From: Bacteriovoracaceae bacterium
GTDB lineage: Bacteria; Bdellovibrionota; Bacteriovoracia; Bacteriovoracales; Bacteriovoracaceae
Length of the DNA: 64,000 nucleotides
Assembly (NCBI GenBank): GCA_048270185.1
Contig: JBLWTJ010000001.1
Coordinates: forward strand, 1,024,001-1,088,000
Reading direction: 5' to 3'
Shown: positions 59,811 to 64,000 of the stretch, in pieces
Layout of the letters: each line of letters opens with the position of its first letter
How positions within the stretch are numbered: position 1 is the stretch's first letter
The notes under the pieces: model-generated
The model's database searches: none
Told to the model about the DNA's origin: nothing
What the model saw: the letters and a program-made list of their open reading frames with translations, nothing else
Translations under genes and position numbers: made by a program

Positions 59811-60455
59811 ATGAAATTATACCATTATATCCATTGTCCATTTTGTATTCGAGTTCGTATGGCACTCGGTTTCTTCGGTCTCGATTACGAATCGATCGTC
59901 CTAGACTACAATGACGAAGAAACACCTATTGCTCTAACTGGCACGAAAATGTTACCAATTATGGAAATTGATGGTGTTGTGATGAATGAATCTCTCGAAA
60001 TAATTAAGACACTTGCAATGAAAAGTGACAAAGATTTATTTTTAAGTGAATTAGATGGTGAGAAATGGGATCAATTAAATTTACTTTTAAATACACTAGG
60101 AAGTGATATTCATAACCTCTGTATGCCTTATTGGGCCTGGTCAAAAGAATTTACTCCTGAAGCTCGTGAGTATTTTATAAAAAAGAAATCAGCAAAGCGT
60201 GGCCCATTTAATATTCTTGCTCAAAATAAAGACATCTATCTTCAAGGATTAGACTCAACACTATCGAGCTTAACTTCAAAACTCATTCCATTCTATGAGA
60301 ATTCAAATATTACAATATTAGATATAGCTCTAGCATCACACCTTTGGGGAATGTATATCTTTCCGGAGTTTCAATTTCCACCACAGATTCATATCTACCT
60401 ACAAAGCGTGAGAGAAAAGACAAATTTTAATTATCACGAAGATTTTTGGCGTTAG
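59811..60455 (+). CDS. grxB: Glutaredoxin 2 (GST-fold)
   Basis: MKLYHYIHCPFCIRVRM, YNDEETPI..G.KMLPI, MNESLEI; AGGAAG SD. Confidence 0.85.
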   Translation: MKLYHYIHCPFCIRVRMALGFFGLDYESIVLDYNDEETPIALTGTKMLPIMEIDGVVMNESLEIIKTLAMKSDKDLFLSELDGEKWDQLNLLLNTLGSDIHNLCMPYWAWSKEFTPEAREYFIKKKSAKRGPFNILAQNKDIYLQGLDSTLSSLTSKLIPFYENSNITILDIALASHLWGMYIFPEFQFPPQIHIYLQSVREKTNFNYHEDFWR

Positions 60456-60899
60456 CTACTTTTTACCAAGGAAAATCCAAATAGGGCCAATAAGTAAGAA
60501 CTGAAGATCTTCAAAGAAAGATGGCTTCTTTCCTTCAATCTTATGGCCAATGAATTGTCCTATCCAAGAAATAATAAAGATCACAATCCAAGTAGCAAGA
60601 AAGTACTCCCCTAGAAAATCCACTAAGAAGAATTTTGTTAAGAGCATAAATGGAATAACAAGTGTCAGGGCAACAGTGATTGCCTTGATATTTTTGAGAG
60701 TTAAATAAAAGAGACTTGCAAGAATAACAAAGAGCCAGGCCCAATTGAATTCACCAAAGAAAGCAGGTGTCGGTATTTTCCACATCATCCCAAGAAGTGA
60801 CCAAGTAATTAATGGAACACAGACTTCATGTATATGCTGATTGGTACGATTCTGATGTGATTCACCATATAGTTCAAGCCAAGTATCTAAACTTCTCAT
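60456..60899 (-). CDS. Mpo1/DUF962 membrane protein
   Basis: YGESHQN..N..IH..CVPLI, WIGQFIGHKIEGKKPSFFEDL. Confidence 0.92.
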   Translation of the reverse strand: MRSLDTWLELYGESHQNRTNQHIHEVCVPLITWSLLGMMWKIPTPAFFGEFNWAWLFVILASLFYLTLKNIKAITVALTLVIPFMLLTKFFLVDFLGEYFLATWIVIFIISWIGQFIGHKIEGKKPSFFEDLQFLLIGPIWIFLGKK

Positions 60900-60915
60900 A
60901 ACTCTCTCCAGAAAT

Positions 60916-60943
60916 AAAAAAGGGAGATCCTAAGACCTCCCTT
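60916..60943 (-). terminator. Intrinsic terminator of rplY
   Basis: Minus strand AAGGGAGGTC-ttag-GATCTCCCTT-TTTT. Confidence 0.8.
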
Positions 60944-60970
60944 CATTATATCATAAAATTTTTAAGCAGA

Positions 60971-61606
60971 TTATGAAGCTTGTTCTTCTTTCTTAGCTTC
61001 AACTTCAGCATCAGCGTGAGTTTCAACAACCATTTCAGTTTCTTGAACCTCTGGCTCAACAACTACTTTTGGCATATGACATGAAACAACTGAAGCCGTT
61101 ACATCGTGTGCCCAAGTTAGACCGTGTGGAAGTGAGAACTTCTCAAATGTCCACGAGTCATCTAGCTCTAGCGTCGAAATGTCGAATTCTAGGAATTCTG
61201 GCATATCTTTTGGTAGACCTTCTACTTCTACTTCGTGGAAGTTAAAGTTTACTAGACCACCGGCCTTCGTACCTACTGCATCACCGATGAAGTGGATTGG
61301 TAGAGAAAGAACAACTTTCTCTTTCGCCGATACTTTTTGGAATGAGCAGTGAACAAAGTCTGTTCCTAGGTGACCTCTTTGAACGTCACTTAGAGTTACT
61401 AGATGCTTCTTACCTGCATATTCTACTTCGAAAACTTTACCTGAGTGGTGTAGGAATTTCGATAGTTCAATTCTTGGAACTTTAAAGTTCACTCCATCAA
61501 AACCTTTTCCAAAGATAACTCCTGGAATATATCCTTCGTTTCTCATCTTTGTTTTTGATGTTTCGATTTCTCTTGCTTCAACTCTTAAAATATCAGTTGT
61601 TGACAC
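60971..61606 (-). CDS. rplY: 50S ribosomal protein L25/Ctc (long form)
   Basis: RNEGYIPGVIFG, DVQR, PIHFIG.AVG.KAGG, LPKDMPE; GTG start with GGAGG SD. Confidence 0.9.
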   Translation of the reverse strand: MSTTDILRVEAREIETSKTKMRNEGYIPGVIFGKGFDGVNFKVPRIELSKFLHHSGKVFEVEYAGKKHLVTLSDVQRGHLGTDFVHCSFQKVSAKEKVVLSLPIHFIGDAVGTKAGGLVNFNFHEVEVEGLPKDMPEFLEFDISTLELDDSWTFEKFSLPHGLTWAHDVTASVVSCHMPKVVVEPEVQETEMVVETHADAEVEAKKEEQAS

Positions 61607-61646
61607 ATTTTCCTCCTGTGTTCCGTGGATTCGCTAGATACTTAGT

Positions 61647-61674
61647 TTATCGACTGTTCATAAAAAAATATTAG
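61647..61674 (-). promoter_or_regulatory. Sigma-28-like promoter upstream of rplY
   Basis: CTAATATT-N12-GTCGATAA. Confidence 0.4.
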
Positions 61675-61716
61675 ATAAAACTTGAATAAAAACGAACAAT
61701 CTCCTATTTTTTTCTT

Positions 61717-62361
61717 ATGAAAACACAAGTACTGGACTCTTTTTATATACCTTCAAGTGATATCACTCCGACAAATGCCCAAAAAGTCATGATTCTCATG
61801 CACGGCCTCGGCGATAGCCTTGAGTCTTATAAAGTTCTGGCCCAAGAAATTAATGTCACAGGGCTTGCCTACCTACTTTTAAATGCTCCAAAGAAATACT
61901 ACTTTGGTTACAGTTGGTATGATCTTCCTCCCAATGATCCAAGTGTAGGCATTAAAGAAAATTCAAAAAAGTTAAATTCAATTATTGAAGAGATCGTATC
62001 ATCTAACGAGAATATTAATTACAGTGATATCTTTCTGGCCGGATTCTCTCAAGGAGGATGCATGACACTTGAGACGGCCTATCAACTAGAACATAAACTC
62101 GCAGGCCTTGTACTGATGTCTCCTCGAATCTATCCAGAGCACCTTCCAAGTGGCCAACTTTCTAATTGCTTAAAAGAGACGCCTATCTTTTGTGCCCATG
62201 GAAAACTCGATCCAGTTATTGATATTAACCAAACAAAGGCCGGTATCGCACACCTTCAATCAAAAGGTGCTAACGTCGACTTTTTTGAATATGAAATGGA
62301 ACATGAAATTGATATTGATGAAATAATTCAAATCCGAAACTGGCTTAACGAGTACTTGTAA
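61717..62361 (+). CDS. Phospholipase/carboxylesterase (alpha/beta hydrolase)
   Basis: MHGLGD, GFSQGG nucleophile elbow, HGKLDPVI, MEHEI. Confidence 0.92.
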   Translation: MKTQVLDSFYIPSSDITPTNAQKVMILMHGLGDSLESYKVLAQEINVTGLAYLLLNAPKKYYFGYSWYDLPPNDPSVGIKENSKKLNSIIEEIVSSNENINYSDIFLAGFSQGGCMTLETAYQLEHKLAGLVLMSPRIYPEHLPSGQLSNCLKETPIFCAHGKLDPVIDINQTKAGIAHLQSKGANVDFFEYEMEHEIDIDEIIQIRNWLNEYL

Positions 62362-62450
62362 ATTCAAGCACTTGAATACTTGTATTCCCAAAGCCACCAT
62401 TATTAGGTAAGATAGACGAAAGATTAGATTAATAAAAAAGGACGTAAGAA

Positions 62451-62840
62451 ATGAGTGATAACCCATTTAATATACTTGGAAAAGAATCAACTCCAATCAA
62501 CCAATCAGAAGTTGTATCAGATGTTGATAAGAACAAAGAACTAAATGAGCAAATTGAATCAATCATTGGTTCAGCTGAGCTTGTACTTTTTATGAAAGGT
62601 ACTGCAGATATGCCAATGTGTGGTTTTTCTGCAAACACTGTAGCAATGCTAAACTCAATTGGAAAACCATATAAGACTTTTAATATCTTAGAAGATATGG
62701 ATATTCGTGAAGGCCTTAAGGCGTACTCGAATTGGCCAACTTACCCACAACTTTACTTTAAAGGTGAGTTAGTAGGTGGAAACGACATCATTACAGAGAT
62801 GTTCCAATCAGGTCAACTAGAAGAAGTTCTAAATTCTTAA
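62451..62840 (+). CDS. grxD: Monothiol glutaredoxin (Grx4)
   Basis: LFMKGT..PMCGFS, YSNWPTYPQLY..GELVGG. Confidence 0.93.
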   Translation: MSDNPFNILGKESTPINQSEVVSDVDKNKELNEQIESIIGSAELVLFMKGTADMPMCGFSANTVAMLNSIGKPYKTFNILEDMDIREGLKAYSNWPTYPQLYFKGELVGGNDIITEMFQSGQLEEVLNS

Positions 62841-63998
62841 TTATTTTTTCTCATGAGCGGGCCTAGTTAATTCTGGGCCCATTGTGATTGAGAAAGTTGT
62901 ATGCTTTCTATCTTGTTCAAAGTTTAAAATCATTCCATTTTCAAAAGCTAGCTTCTTTGAAATACTAAGACCAAGACCAGTTCCACTACCTACATCCTTT
63001 GTCGTAAAGAATGGCGTAAAAATATCTTTTGCAATATCACCATTGATTCCATCACCGCCATCCTGAACGTAGACAACGTATTGATCAAGAATTGATTTCT
63101 CAACCCAAATTTTTATCCAACACTTCTCTAAGGTATCAAAGTGATTAACGGCCTGATATGAATTTTGTAAAAGATTGAGCATAATCTGATAGAACTCATT
63201 CTTCTTACATTCAATCTCACATTCTTGATAATTATTCTTATAATCGATATAAATTTCACGACCAGTCTGAGCTTGAAATAAACCTAGAGAATCGTGAATT
63301 AAATCATTAAGAGAGTGTCGTTCACATGTAATTGAATTAGAAGAACGAGAATAAATTTTTAAGCTATTGGCAATATTCTCAATACGATCAACCTGTTTAA
63401 TTATACTATCAAGCTTCTTCATATACGATGGATCATTATCCCTTAATTCACGATGAGCAAAGCGATCTTTGAGTTGCTCTGCTTGAATACGAATAATACA
63501 AAGTGGATTATTAATTTCATGGGCAATTCCGGCAGACATTTGCCCAAGAGATCTCCATCTTTCAAATTCCTCAAATTGTCGCTCTTGAAGTTTTAGAGTG
63601 ATACGATTTGTATGTTCTTGATGGATGTCACGAATTTGAACCATAAAGCGGCCAATGGAATGCATCGACATATAAGTGACACTCACACGACAGTAACGTC
63701 TCTTCTTGCGCTTATTTCGGTACAGAAGATGTGTAATTTTTAAAGCAACTCCATCTAGTCGCTTTGCTTGCTCGAATGTATTGAGAAAAAAGAGATAATC
63801 GTCATCATCAGTGACAAGCTCCGAAAAACTTTTACCGATTGAGTTTTCTTTTGAATTCTTATTAAAGTCGAGGATATCCAATTGCTCATTTAAAACAAAT
63901 AAATCGTCATCAGTGGCCGTATAGAAGTTTTTAAATAATGAGTTAATAAAATTTTCAGCACCCGCATTTAAGTTCTTCGCATAAACTTCAACAAAGGC
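62841..63998 (-). CDS. PAS sensor histidine kinase (5' end beyond the window)
   Basis: GIAHEINNPL, NLLQNS, FTPFFTTK..GTGLGL; the frame stays open from 63881 to the window edge. Confidence 0.9.
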   Translation of the reverse strand, partial: AFVEVYAKNLNAGAENFINSLFKNFYTATDDDLFVLNEQLDILDFNKNSKENSIGKSFSELVTDDDDYLFFLNTFEQAKRLDGVALKITHLLYRNKRKKRRYCRVSVTYMSMHSIGRFMVQIRDIHQEHTNRITLKLQERQFEEFERWRSLGQMSAGIAHEINNPLCIIRIQAEQLKDRFAHRELRDNDPSYMKKLDSIIKQVDRIENIANSLKIYSRSSNSITCERHSLNDLIHDSLGLFQAQTGREIYIDYKNNYQECEIECKKNEFYQIMLNLLQNSYQAVNHFDTLEKCWIKIWVEKSILDQYVVYVQDGGDGINGDIAKDIFTPFFTTKDVGSGTGLGLSISKKLAFENGMILNFEQDRKHTTFSITMGPELTRPAHEKK

Positions 63999-64000
63999 CG

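Noticed and set aside
1111..63066. About 50 short ORFs (60-111 aa) overlapping or antisense to larger genes, e.g. 12676-13011, 33608-33814, 39731-40024
   Set aside because: Shadow ORFs of well-supported CDS, with no motifs.
1..64000. tRNA or rRNA genes
   Set aside because: Intergenic gaps are short and AT-rich; no cloverleaf or rRNA-like sequence seen by eye.

Overview
AT-rich bacterial chromosome segment of about 60 CDS, with no rRNA, tRNA, CRISPR array or recognisable transposase seen. Gene content suggests a predatory Bdellovibrionota (Halobacteriovorax/Bacteriovorax-like); this is inference from a TIGR02147/DUF4423-type regulator, an XRE regulator of the LGYxxGQFISNIERG type, many orphan secreted proteins and repeated sigma-28-like promoters. 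Blocks: two-component genes and secreted orphans (0-11 kb); a four-block Wzx/Wzy polysaccharide locus (11.5-27.9 kb); P-type ATPase, dus, pilin and regulators (28-38 kb); an AT-rich nuclease-like orphan, mutM and a regulator trio (38.5-42.3 kb); ABC exporter, outer-membrane barrel, 1324-aa repeat lipoprotein and NYN gene (42-50 kb); housekeeping and lipid/redox genes (50-64 kb). Most notable: (1) a type IV pilin carrying three animal-type thrombospondin-1 repeats; (2) mutM whose only start that exposes the catalytic Pro is an ATC codon; (3) a trifunctional PglC-PglD-PglE-like fusion next to a PglF-like dehydratase; (4) a reduced export module (short SLBB protein, Wzc-like protein, apparent pseudokinase) with a PilZ gene; (5) a secreted 638-aa protein with a C-terminal FeeM/LuxI-like acyltransferase domain. 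All product calls come from motif recognition by eye; no database searches were run.
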